Part shown: piece by piece, positions 1 through 8,719 of the stretch
Numbering within the stretch: position 1 is the stretch's first letter
Layout: each line of letters starts with the position of its first letter
NCBI GenBank assembly: GCA_965205505.1
Contig: CBDBHB010000008.1
Coordinates: 896,001-960,000 of the forward strand
Reading direction: 5' to 3'
Origin: Acidobacteriota bacterium
GTDB lineage: Bacteria > Acidobacteriota > UBA890 > WLXD01
Length of the DNA stretch: 64,000 nucleotides
Notes under the pieces: generated by a model
Database searches by the model: none
Told to the model about the DNA's origin: nothing
What the model saw: only the letters and a program-made list of their open reading frames with translations
Program-made: the position numbers and the translations under genes

Positions 1-750
1 GGCCAGGGGTATGAAGCTGAAGAATCCACCGGTACGGTCCTGCAGTGCGCGCAGCAGGAGCATGTGGTTGATGCGCTCTTCATACGTCTCAATATGGCCG
101 TATAGCAGCGTGGCGTTGGTGCGAATCCCCCGACCGTGCGCGATCTCGTGGATCTCGAGCCAGCGCTCGTGTCCAATCTTGCCGCGGTACATCTCCCGGC
201 GAACGCGCTCCGAGAACACCTCGGCGCCTCCCCCGGGCATGGCTACCAGGCCGGCTTCTTGAAGACGGTCGAACACCTCCTCTACGGAGATCTTCTCGCG
301 CCGCGCGAAGAAGTCGATCTCGACAGCAGTGTAGGCCTTGATCTGGGCCTCGGGGTTCGCTTCGCGAATGGTCTCTAACACCTCGAGGTAACGCTCGAAC
401 GGCCAATTCGGATGAAGCCCACCGACGATATGCACCTCGCGAATGGGCTCCTGGACCCGCTCGCGGATCTGCGCCAACGTCATCTCGTAGGCGTGATCGT
501 CGTTCTTCTTGGCGGCGAAGTCGCAGAACTTACAGCTCAGCACGCAAACGTTCGTTGGGTTTATCTGTCGGTTGAGCACGAAGCCCACGAACGCACCGGT
601 ACGACGCTCTTTTTCCGCGTTGGCAAGTCGCCCGAGACCCACGACATCGTTGGTCGACAGCATCGCCATTCCGTCATCGGAGTCGAGACGCTCACGCGCG
701 GCGACTTTCTCAATGACGCGTTGAAGGCGGGGGTCGCTGGATCGTCTCAT
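1..750 (-). CDS. mqnE: Aminofutalosine synthase MqnE-like radical SAM protein (runs off window edge)
   Basis: Not in ORF track. Manual translation from ATG 750: MRRSSDPRLQ...NRQINPTNVCVLSCKFCDF (CxxxCxxC)...EVHIVGGLHP...MPGGGAEVF...TNATLLYGHIET...GGFFSFIPLA, typical of CofH/MqnE; follows ubiD/ubiX/ubiA-family genes. Confidence 0.85.
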   Translation of the reverse strand, partial: MRRSSDPRLQRVIEKVAARERLDSDDGMAMLSTNDVVGLGRLANAEKERRTGAFVGFVLNRQINPTNVCVLSCKFCDFAAKKNDDHAYEMTLAQIRERVQEPIREVHIVGGLHPNWPFERYLEVLETIREANPEAQIKAYTAVEIDFFARREKISVEEVFDRLQEAGLVAMPGGGAEVFSERVRREMYRGKIGHERWLEIHEIAHGRGIRTNATLLYGHIETYEERINHMLLLRALQDRTGGFFSFIPLA

Positions 751-775
751 CGTTCCGGTCGGCTCCGAGGGAAGC

Positions 776-2659
776 CTAGTCTAGCCCGTATTCTGCCCAC
801 CTGCGGCTCACCTTGTCGAGTAGCTCGTCCGGCATCACGAGCCGATCCGGGTAGCCTGGCTTGAAGGTGGCGTCGATACCCATCGTCCCGTAGCAGGTAG
901 TCCATGGACCGCGACATTCGGTGCGCTCGAAGACAACGTCGCGCGCGCAATCGAAGCGGGTGAACAGGCCCCAGAGCCGCTGGTCGGGATCGTCCAGGTC
1001 GACGTCGTCGCTGAGCGCGGCAACAACCCGAACCGGGCCCAGATCGACATCGACGAGCCGCTCGACGACAGCGCGACCCTCGGCGCTCACCTGTACCAGC
1101 ATGAGCGAATCCTCGAGCACCCGGTACGCCGTTACACGCCTGTCAATGGCACGCGGATCGGCGATACGATTGCCACGACCCGACCGCTCGTCGGCCGAGC
1201 CGGCCGAATATCGAGTCGGATCGCGTAACACAGCGCTCATTTCTGGCGCATCGGCGGCGCCGCCCAGCGCCGCTCGGACAGCCTCATGATCGGCTCCGGG
1301 CGCACCGTGCAGCGCTTCCGTGGGGCCGCTGGTGGCATCGACAATCATCTTGCTACCGAGGTTCATTCGGTAGCTGGTGAAGTCGAGCGTGTCGAGCGGC
1401 ACGCCGGGCAGGAGCAGGAAGTCTCTCTCGGGCTCGAAGTTGTCACGCATGGCGCGCAGGACGGCGCCGAAATCGCGTACCGGTACCCCCTCATCGACAA
1501 GCACAAGGCACTTCGTCAGCGCCAGTTGCCCAGTACCCATCAGTGCCAGGGCGGTCTTCACCGCCTCCTTGTAGAAGCGCTGACGCACAGAGACCACCAG
1601 CAGGTTGTGGAACCCGGCTTCGAAGTAGGCCCACAGATCGACGATCTCATGGTGAATGAGCTTGATGAGCGGCCCGAGGATGTCCTGGGTGGCGTTACCG
1701 ATGAACTTATCCTCCTGGGGCGGCAACCCGACGACCGCCGACAGGTAAATGGGCCGGCGACGGCGGGTGACGCGCCGCACCTTGAACACCGGAAACGGCG
1801 CCGCGTGCGAGTAGTGGCCGAAGTGATCGCCGAACGGCCCTTCGAGCCGCCGCTCGTCGGGCACCACCTCGCCCTCGAGAACGATCTCGGCGTTGGCCGG
1901 CACCTCCAGGTCGATGCTCGAGCACCGTATCATCGGGCACGGCGCCCCTCGCAGGATGCCGGAGAAGGCGATCTCATCCATGCCCTCCGGCAAGGCGGCG
2001 ACCGCCGACAGCAATAGCGCCGGGTCGACCCCGATTACCACTGCTACCGGAAGCGACCGGCCCAACTCTTCGGCACGCGCGTAGTGGAACCCGCCGCCCT
2101 TGTTGATTTGCCAGTGCATGCCAGTGACGTCGTTATCGTAAACCTGCAGACGATAGACGCCCATGTTGCGCTCGCCGGTCAGCGGGTCGCGGGTAATCAC
2201 CAGGCCGAATGTGATGAAGGGGCCGCCGTCCTCAGGCCAGCAAGTCTGCACCGGAAACTGGTGCAGGTCGGGCGCCTCGACCACCTCCTGGCAAGGCCCT
2301 CGGCGGACGCGCCGCGTCCGCATTGGCAGCAGCTGCATCAAGTTGGAGCGCAGCCGCCAGACCGCCTTCGGCGACGGTGGGTTGAGCCCCTCGGCAGTAG
2401 CCAACAGCATCGCGCCGATCTCGTCGGCCGGCCGCCCGAGAGCGAGCTGGATGCGTCGCTCACTCCCCAGCGAGTTGATCAGCAACGGGTGCTTGGCGTC
2501 GTTGACGTTCTCGAACAGCAACGCGGGGCCGCCGTCCTTGACCACCCGGTCAGCAATGGCGGCGATCTCGAGATGCGGGTCAACGCTCGCCTGGACGCGC
2601 CGCAGCTCACCGGCGCGCTCGAGTGCGTCGACGAAACCGCGTAGATCCGTGAAGCTCAC
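776..2659 (-). CDS. UbiD-family (menaquinone futalosine pathway) decarboxylase
   Basis: EGPFGDHFGHY and WPEDGGPFIT motifs; next to ubiX and mqnE; long form with repeated C-terminal subdomain. Confidence 0.9.
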   Translation of the reverse strand: MSFTDLRGFVDALERAGELRRVQASVDPHLEIAAIADRVVKDGGPALLFENVNDAKHPLLINSLGSERRIQLALGRPADEIGAMLLATAEGLNPPSPKAVWRLRSNLMQLLPMRTRRVRRGPCQEVVEAPDLHQFPVQTCWPEDGGPFITFGLVITRDPLTGERNMGVYRLQVYDNDVTGMHWQINKGGGFHYARAEELGRSLPVAVVIGVDPALLLSAVAALPEGMDEIAFSGILRGAPCPMIRCSSIDLEVPANAEIVLEGEVVPDERRLEGPFGDHFGHYSHAAPFPVFKVRRVTRRRRPIYLSAVVGLPPQEDKFIGNATQDILGPLIKLIHHEIVDLWAYFEAGFHNLLVVSVRQRFYKEAVKTALALMGTGQLALTKCLVLVDEGVPVRDFGAVLRAMRDNFEPERDFLLLPGVPLDTLDFTSYRMNLGSKMIVDATSGPTEALHGAPGADHEAVRAALGGAADAPEMSAVLRDPTRYSAGSADERSGRGNRIADPRAIDRRVTAYRVLEDSLMLVQVSAEGRAVVERLVDVDLGPVRVVAALSDDVDLDDPDQRLWGLFTRFDCARDVVFERTECRGPWTTCYGTMGIDATFKPGYPDRLVMPDELLDKVSRRWAEYGLD

Positions 2660-3237
2660 TCCGCCGGCTCCGGCTCGAGTTGCTCTGACCGCCAGGCGCG
2701 AGGCGTCTCGGCCCCTAGGGTGGCCGCGACCTTGTCGACGAAGTGCTCGATGAGTTGCTCGAGATCGGCAGGTTGATGGTAGAAGGGCGGCGACGCTGGC
2801 ACGATGATCACACCGTCACGTGACAGTCGTACGGCGTTCTCCAGTGCGTTCGTCGGCCACGGGGTCTCCCTCACCACCAGCACCAGCCTGCGACGTTCCT
2901 TTAACGCCACCATCGCGGCGCGGGTGATCAGCGAGTCGGCCAAGCCGTTGGCGATCTTCGCCAGGGTGCTCAGGGAGCACGGAATCACCACCATGGCATC
3001 GAATGAGTTGGAGCCCGACGCAAAGGCGTTGGCAAGATCCTTGTCCGAAAAGATCCGCCGTACCAGCGGACGCAGGTCCTTCTCCGTCAGACCGGTTTCC
3101 TCTTTCAACACCATGCGGCCCCAGTTACTGAGCACCAGGTACGCCTCGCCGAGGTCACGTCTCAGCAAGGCCACCGCGTAAGGCGCTCCGGACGCACCGG
3201 TCATGCCTACGAGAATGCGCCGCGGTCGAGCGCTCAC
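2656..3237 (-). CDS. ubiX: Flavin prenyltransferase UbiX
   Basis: VGMTGASGAPY, ASGS, PCSLSTLAKIANG, LKERRRLVLVVRETP, PPFY motifs; overlaps ubiD start. Confidence 0.93.
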   Translation of the reverse strand: MSARPRRILVGMTGASGAPYAVALLRRDLGEAYLVLSNWGRMVLKEETGLTEKDLRPLVRRIFSDKDLANAFASGSNSFDAMVVIPCSLSTLAKIANGLADSLITRAAMVALKERRRLVLVVRETPWPTNALENAVRLSRDGVIIVPASPPFYHQPADLEQLIEHFVDKVAATLGAETPRAWRSEQLEPEPAE

Positions 3238-3346
3238 GGGCCTGACTCTCCGCCGTTTGGAAGGTGCCGTATCAAGCGTTTGACGTCCTGTCCAACAAGT
3301 GACGGCGGCCGCTGTAACCAGATCCGCCAGAGTTCTTCAGCACTAG

Positions 3347-3890
3347 TGGCCTGTAACAGATGATCGTTGCATATCGTGGTGGCGAAATGGGCTCGGATGC
3401 CAGGCGCAACGACGAGACGATGTTGGCCCATCTTGGAGGAGAAGCAACGCCGCAGACGGGCCCATTTCGCCGCCATCCTGCGGACAGATGGGCAGTTGTG
3501 GGCGATATCGGCGTTGCGCCTCGTCAACGATGCCCCAGCAGGTCGTGATGGAAGTGTGATGGGTCTGGTTACGCCACCAAGGGCGCGGATCCAAGGCGCC
3601 GCGTCGCAGGCGATGCCCGTGCGCATCGTCTAGGAGCGGCAACGCCGGAGACGCGCCCTTGGCGGCGTAACCTGTAGGGCAAGTGGGAGTCACGGGCGAT
3701 GGCGGCGTCTCTCCTCCTCGACGATGGCTCCAGCATCGCCTCATCGTCGATCCTTGTCCTAGCCCGTGAGTCCCATTTGCCAGACCCACCACACTTCCAT
3801 CACGGCCTGCTAGCATCGCCCTCCTCCCCGCGCCTTGATCTCACCCGCAAATCCCATCTGCGATATGCAACGATCATCTGTTACAGGCCA
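3347..3890. mobile_element. MITE-like element (family A) carrying a nested second MITE
   Basis: Perfect 30-bp terminal inverted repeat TGGCCTGTAACAGATGATCGTTGCATATCG (3347-3376 / 3861-3890) flanked by CTAG on both sides; no credible ORF. Confidence 0.85.
3539..3809. mobile_element. Nested MITE-like element inside the family A copy
   Basis: Inverted repeats CAGGYCGTGATGGAAGTGTGRTGGGTCTGG (3539-3568 / 3780-3809, 2 mismatches) flanked by CCAG/CTAG; removing it restores colinearity with the 49.6 kb copy. Confidence 0.75.
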
Positions 3891-3899
3891 CTAGATCCC

Positions 3900-4784
3900 C
3901 TAAAGCCCGGCGACTACGAACGCCAGGACGACAAACCCGACAACAATGTTGATCTGGAAGAACGCCAGACTCACGCGGTCGGCTAACCACTGCTCCGCCG
4001 CCAACAAGATCGCTACGGCGACCAGCAACGTCGCCGACACGATGCCGCCGAGGTAGCCGAAGTACAGCACCAGCAACGCTCCGACCGCAACCGTGTGCGT
4101 CGCGGCCGAAATCCGCAGCGCCGCCGCACTGCCAAGGCGACAAGGAAGGCTATGGAGGCCGGCGCCACGATCGAAGCCCTCATCGAGCGTGGCGTAAATG
4201 ATGTCGAACCCCGCAACCCACAGCAGGGTGAACAACGCCAGGAACAGGGCGGGCGCAGCCGCCTGTACGGTGCCCGTGACCGCTACGTGGCCACCCAAAG
4301 GAGCGAGCGCCAAGGCCAGGCCGATGCCGAAATGTGCCAGGGGTGTGACGCGTTTCAAATACGGGTAGCCCACGAACACGACTACCGGAACCGGCGAAAG
4401 CCACAAGCACAAGGGCGGTAACCGGCTGCACGCAACCAGATAGATCGCCAGGCCGACGCCGGCGATCACCCAACCCTCTGCCACGCTCATGTTACCGCTC
4501 GGCAGCTCGCGGTCCCGTGTACGGGGGTTGGCGTCGTCGAGGCGACGGTCGATCAGCCGATTGAGCGACATCGCCAAAGTGCGCGCGCCAATGCCTGCGA
4601 CCACCGCCCAACTGAGCGGTCGCCAGGCTGGCTGCCCGCCGCTCGCCAGCAAGGCACCTGCGATCAGCATCGGCAACGAGAACAGCGTGTGCTCGACCTT
4701 GATGAACGCCGCCCACGTGCGGGAGCGAGAACGTGGCACGGTGTTCGCGCCTCCAACCCGCGCACTCCGGATCATCGAAATCAT
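3900..4784 (-). CDS. UbiA-family prenyltransferase (MqnP-like)
   Basis: IKVEHTLFSLP, NRLIDRRLDDANPRTRDRELPSG, WVAGFDIIYATLD; multiple TM helices; mqn context. Confidence 0.9.
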   Translation of the reverse strand: MISMIRSARVGGANTVPRSRSRTWAAFIKVEHTLFSLPMLIAGALLASGGQPAWRPLSWAVVAGIGARTLAMSLNRLIDRRLDDANPRTRDRELPSGNMSVAEGWVIAGVGLAIYLVACSRLPPLCLWLSPVPVVVFVGYPYLKRVTPLAHFGIGLALALAPLGGHVAVTGTVQAAAPALFLALFTLLWVAGFDIIYATLDEGFDRGAGLHSLPCRLGSAAALRISAATHTVAVGALLVLYFGYLGGIVSATLLVAVAILLAAEQWLADRVSLAFFQINIVVGFVVLAFVVAGL

Positions 4785-4805
4785 GTGCCTCCGCTACGGA
4801 CGAGC

Positions 4806-6440
4806 CTACCGGATGCGGATGCCGTACTTGTCGAGCAGCGTGCCGGTGGCGCGCGCTAGCTCCGCCGTCGCCCGCCGGTGCTCGATACGAGCACGCAGCT
4901 CCTGCGAGCGTGACACGGCAAGCTGGTCCTGGAACTGCAACACCTCGAAGTTCGTCGACATCCCGACGCCGAACCGGTCTGTCTCTATGCGTAGCTGCTC
5001 CTCTGCAAGCTCGCGCGTCTTGCCGGTCGACTTCACCGCTTCGAACGCAGTACGCACTCCTCGGGCAGCCTGTCGCACCTCGAGCACAACCTGCTGCTCT
5101 GTACGGAGTCGCTCTGTGCGCGCTCGCTCCTCGTTTAGCGTCGCCTGCGCGTAGTTGCCCTCGGCAGTGCTGTTGCCCAGCGGTATGGTGATGTTGAACC
5201 CCGCGCTCCAGCTCGTGAAGTCGAGCCCCAAGAGCTCTTTGACCGCGTCGTTGTAGCCCCCAGGAATGACCTCGATCACCTCGCCGCCGAAGAATCCATC
5301 GCGGACTATGAGGTCACCGCCGATTCCGTTGGCTGAAAGCTGCCCAATGAGATCGAGCTTCGGCAGCAGCGCGTTACGGGTTGCCTTCACCTCTACCTGG
5401 CGTGCGTTGATGGTAGCCTGCGCCCCGGCGAGCTCAGCACGGCGTTCCCGGGCCTGCTGAATCGCCGCGTTGACGTCGATCTCGGTAGCTACGACAGTGG
5501 GCTCTTCGGTGGCGATGAGCTGGGTATCCCAGCCGGCGGGCAGACGATCGGCTCGTAGTAACGCGCGCAGCGCGTCGCGACTGTTATCGAGCGCGTTGCG
5601 CGCCACGATGAGGTCCGTCTCGCGGCCCGCAACTTGCACCTCGGCCTGGGTCGCCTCCACCGGCGCGATCAAGCCCACCTCGACCTGCGCCTGCGTGCGC
5701 TCGAGCTGCTCCAATGCCAGTCGCTGAGATGACTGCTTCACCTCGAGGTCGCGCTCGGCAAACACCAACTCCCAGTAGGCCCGCTCGACCTGCAACAGCA
5801 CCTGCTCGACCTGTGCCACGAACGAGGCGCGACTGACGGCAGTGTTGGCGCGAGCCAACAGCAATGGGGCTTCGGTGGCCGCACGTCCACGCCCGTTCAA
5901 CAACGGCTGTACGACGCTGACCGCCACGGTGTTGTTCCAGGCCGGATTCAGGCTGTTGAAGATGCTGTTCGAGTCGGTCCTCGAAGCGACGTAGCTAACG
6001 TCGTATCGCAACCCGAAGCCGAGCTGCTGCTGGAAGTCGAACAGCGACGCAAACGACCTCTGCGTGGTTACGTCGGCACCTGCCAGCGCCGTCGATGCCG
6101 GGAATCGCTGATCGGAGTAGCCAAGCCCGCCAAATCCGACACCGCCGCCGAAAGCACCGCCAGTGGGAAAGGGGGTGACGCCGATGGCACCGGGGATACC
6201 GAAGAACAACGACGGCTCGAACTGCCCCTTGGCAGTCGTTACTCGCTCGTCGGCAATCGACCGGTCGTAACGGACGACGCGGATGTCGAGGTTGTGTTCA
6301 AACGCCAGCTGTACCGCCTCGGGGAGGCTGATCTCGAGCTCGGCCTCCTGGTGCGGCGCGGCATAGACAAGGGCTGGTGTGGCCAGGGTGACCACGAGCA
6401 GGCGGAAGGCCGACCTGCCGAGAACCGATGAATCGAACAT
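4806..6440 (-). CDS. TolC-family outer membrane efflux protein
   Basis: Signal peptide from likely ATG 6440; ISLPEAVQLAFEHNLDI, VERAYWEL, RFGVGMSTNFEVLQFQ, ELARATG. Confidence 0.88.
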   Translation of the reverse strand: MFDSSVLGRSAFRLLVVTLATPALVYAAPHQEAELEISLPEAVQLAFEHNLDIRVVRYDRSIADERVTTAKGQFEPSLFFGIPGAIGVTPFPTGGAFGGGVGFGGLGYSDQRFPASTALAGADVTTQRSFASLFDFQQQLGFGLRYDVSYVASRTDSNSIFNSLNPAWNNTVAVSVVQPLLNGRGRAATEAPLLLARANTAVSRASFVAQVEQVLLQVERAYWELVFAERDLEVKQSSQRLALEQLERTQAQVEVGLIAPVEATQAEVQVAGRETDLIVARNALDNSRDALRALLRADRLPAGWDTQLIATEEPTVVATEIDVNAAIQQARERRAELAGAQATINARQVEVKATRNALLPKLDLIGQLSANGIGGDLIVRDGFFGGEVIEVIPGGYNDAVKELLGLDFTSWSAGFNITIPLGNSTAEGNYAQATLNEERARTERLRTEQQVVLEVRQAARGVRTAFEAVKSTGKTRELAEEQLRIETDRFGVGMSTNFEVLQFQDQLAVSRSQELRARIEHRRATAELARATGTLLDKYGIRIR

Positions 6441-6904
6441 TCGTGGACCCTCCGGATATCTGCGATTCTCGCTCCGCCGAGCGAGACAAGCGGAGCGGCG
6501 GTATGCGCGCGTATTAACGAAGATTACCCGTTCCGGCGACCCCTGGTAGGCAGCCCGCATACTCAAATCGACGGACGGGCGGTGGTCGGCGCGGGACTCT
6601 CTCCTTGTTTCTCGTGGACACCGAGTCGGGAGATCGCGGCGGGCCAGAAAGTCCCTGACGAGCCGAGGTTGACCTGCATCTGGCGCGCCTCTCCTGTCCG
6701 GTCCTGTCCAGCCACGTCCGCTGTTGCCGTGAACTGTCAAACTCTGCTTATGCGTGCCTCCTGGATGCACGACGACCATCCTAGACGTGTACAATAGGTG
6801 CTCAAAGTCCCCCAATTGATAGGATGTGGTGGGCTGTGATTCGGGGCCGCGCATCCGACCCAAAGAGATCGTTCCGCGGTGCCCACCCTGGAGGAGTAGA
6901 TCTA

Positions 6905-8710
6905 ATGCGTCGCACACTGGTTCTGGTCGCTGCACTAGCGCTCGTGGCCACGACAGGTACTGCGGCTTTTGCGCAGGCGAAGAACGACCCGACCCAGGAA
7001 GGCACGACTGGTCTGTTTACCGTGGCGCGCGCCAGCGTGCTGGAGCCCGGGAAGTGGTCGCTCGGCGTTTTCTTTGATCGGATCGCCCGCGAGGAGGGCG
7101 ACTCCGTCATCACCTCCTACGGTTTCTCCGGCGCCTATGGCCTCGCCAACCGCGTCGAGGTGTTCTTCGGCGTAACCCCGCGCGTCGAGGTCGACCGGCG
7201 GTTCACCTCGGAGGCCACGCTGTTCGACATGCATCTCGTACCCGGCGGCAGCGGGCTTTTCTTCCTGCCACCGCTCTGCTGCTCGGGTCTCAACGACCAT
7301 CCGTTCGCAGCGCAGCGTGACCAGAGCGGATTCGGCGACGTCTGGATGGGCGTCAAGGTGAAGGTTGCAGGCGATCTCCGTGAGTACGGCGGCGTCGCCC
7401 TTCAGGGAATGGTCAAGCTACCGACCTCCGCTGCCAGCGACGGCATCGGTACCGGCGCTTTCAGCGTTGGCGGCAAGCTCATCGGCAGCACTGCGCTGGG
7501 TCGTCTCGGCGTCAACGCCTACGGCGGTTACCTGTGGCACGCTACGCCCGATCCCGCCGACAAGATCACCAGCCTCGTTGGGCGCAACATCACCGGAGCG
7601 CCGCTCGTGGCCCCGGAGACCGTGTTTCCGACCCTCTTCAATTTCGAGGTCAGCCCCGAGGTGCTTTACGGCGTCGGACTGCAGTTCCCGACCGACGGCC
7701 AGCTACAAGCGATCACCGAGTGGACCGGGGTCGCCGCCACCCAGAGCTCGACCGAGAACGACTTCATGGGCTACGCCGATCAGTCGGTCTACCGACTCGG
7801 CCTGCGTGCCGCGCTTGATAGTGGACTGTCGCTAAGCGCGGCCGCCAACTACCAGAGCCAGATCAACGTCCGCGATATCGCCTGGCAGACCGACGCGAGT
7901 GCAATCGACGGCGCGCTCAGGCGCTGGGGACTGCTGTTCGGGCTCGCCTACACCAATGGCGAGGGCAGGTCGGCATCGGAGGCCGAGGCGCGGCGCTTGG
8001 CCGAAGAGGAAGCGCGGCGCTTGGCCGAAGAGGAGGCGCGGCGCTTGGCCGAGGAGGAGGCCAGGAACCGAGCCCCGACGCTCACCTGCGAGGTCGAGAG
8101 GTCGACGGTTCGGCAGGGTGAGAGCGTGCGTGTGCGAGCGGTGACCAGCGACCCCAACGGCGACCCTGTAACCGTCACCTGGAGTGCCGCGGCGGGGAGC
8201 CTGAGCGCCACGACCGGCGACGTCGTTACCTGGAACAGCAGCGGCGTGGCGGCCGGTTCGGGTAACATCACCGGGCGGGCCAGCGACGGCCGGGGGGGCA
8301 CGGCGGACTGCACGGTTCGCATTGTCGTCGAGATACCGGAAATGCCGGACCTCACGCCGGAGGAACGTCCGTTCGATTGCTACGACTTCGGCTCGGGGAG
8401 CGCCCGGATCGACAACAGGTGCAAGGCAGTGCTCGACGACGTGGCCTTGGTGCTACGGCAGAACCCGAGCGCCACGGTTGCGATCACTGGGTACAGCGAC
8501 TTGGCAGGAGCGGCTACCGCCAACGACGAGCGTTCGCAGCAACGCGCCGACAACGCTCGGGCGGACCTCGTAGACCGTCATAGCATCGGCGCGTCGCGGA
8601 TCCATACGAGCTCGCGTGGCAGCAGCGAACAGATTGCCGACAGCAGCACCGCCGCCGGGCGGGCGCGCAACCGCCGCATTCACATCGTCGTTACGATCCC
8701 ACCGCGCTAG
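6905..8710 (+). CDS. OmpA-family protein (barrel, charged helical repeat, Ig-like domain, peptidoglycan-binding domain)
   Basis: GAGGAG RBS, signal peptide, EGTTGLFTV N-terminus, SDPNGDPVTVTWS Ig-like segment, C-terminal ITGYSD...SQQRA...NRRIHI. Confidence 0.85.
   Translation: MRRTLVLVAALALVATTGTAAFAQAKNDPTQEGTTGLFTVARASVLEPGKWSLGVFFDRIAREEGDSVITSYGFSGAYGLANRVEVFFGVTPRVEVDRRFTSEATLFDMHLVPGGSGLFFLPPLCCSGLNDHPFAAQRDQSGFGDVWMGVKVKVAGDLREYGGVALQGMVKLPTSAASDGIGTGAFSVGGKLIGSTALGRLGVNAYGGYLWHATPDPADKITSLVGRNITGAPLVAPETVFPTLFNFEVSPEVLYGVGLQFPTDGQLQAITEWTGVAATQSSTENDFMGYADQSVYRLGLRAALDSGLSLSAAANYQSQINVRDIAWQTDASAIDGALRRWGLLFGLAYTNGEGRSASEAEARRLAEEEARRLAEEEARRLAEEEARNRAPTLTCEVERSTVRQGESVRVRAVTSDPNGDPVTVTWSAAAGSLSATTGDVVTWNSSGVAAGSGNITGRASDGRGGTADCTVRIVVEIPEMPDLTPEERPFDCYDFGSGSARIDNRCKAVLDDVALVLRQNPSATVAITGYSDLAGAATANDERSQQRADNARADLVDRHSIGASRIHTSSRGSSEQIADSSTAAGRARNRRIHIVVTIPPR
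7985..8062 (+). repeat. 24-bp coding tandem repeat (EARRLAEE x3)
   Basis: GARGCGCGGCGCTTGGCCGARGAG three times in the OmpA linker. Confidence 0.85.
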
Positions 8711-8719
8711 CAGGCCGCG

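Noticed and set aside
776-1300. Repeated C-terminal subdomain of the UbiD protein
   Set aside because: Long ~600-aa forms are already known among menaquinone-pathway decarboxylases.
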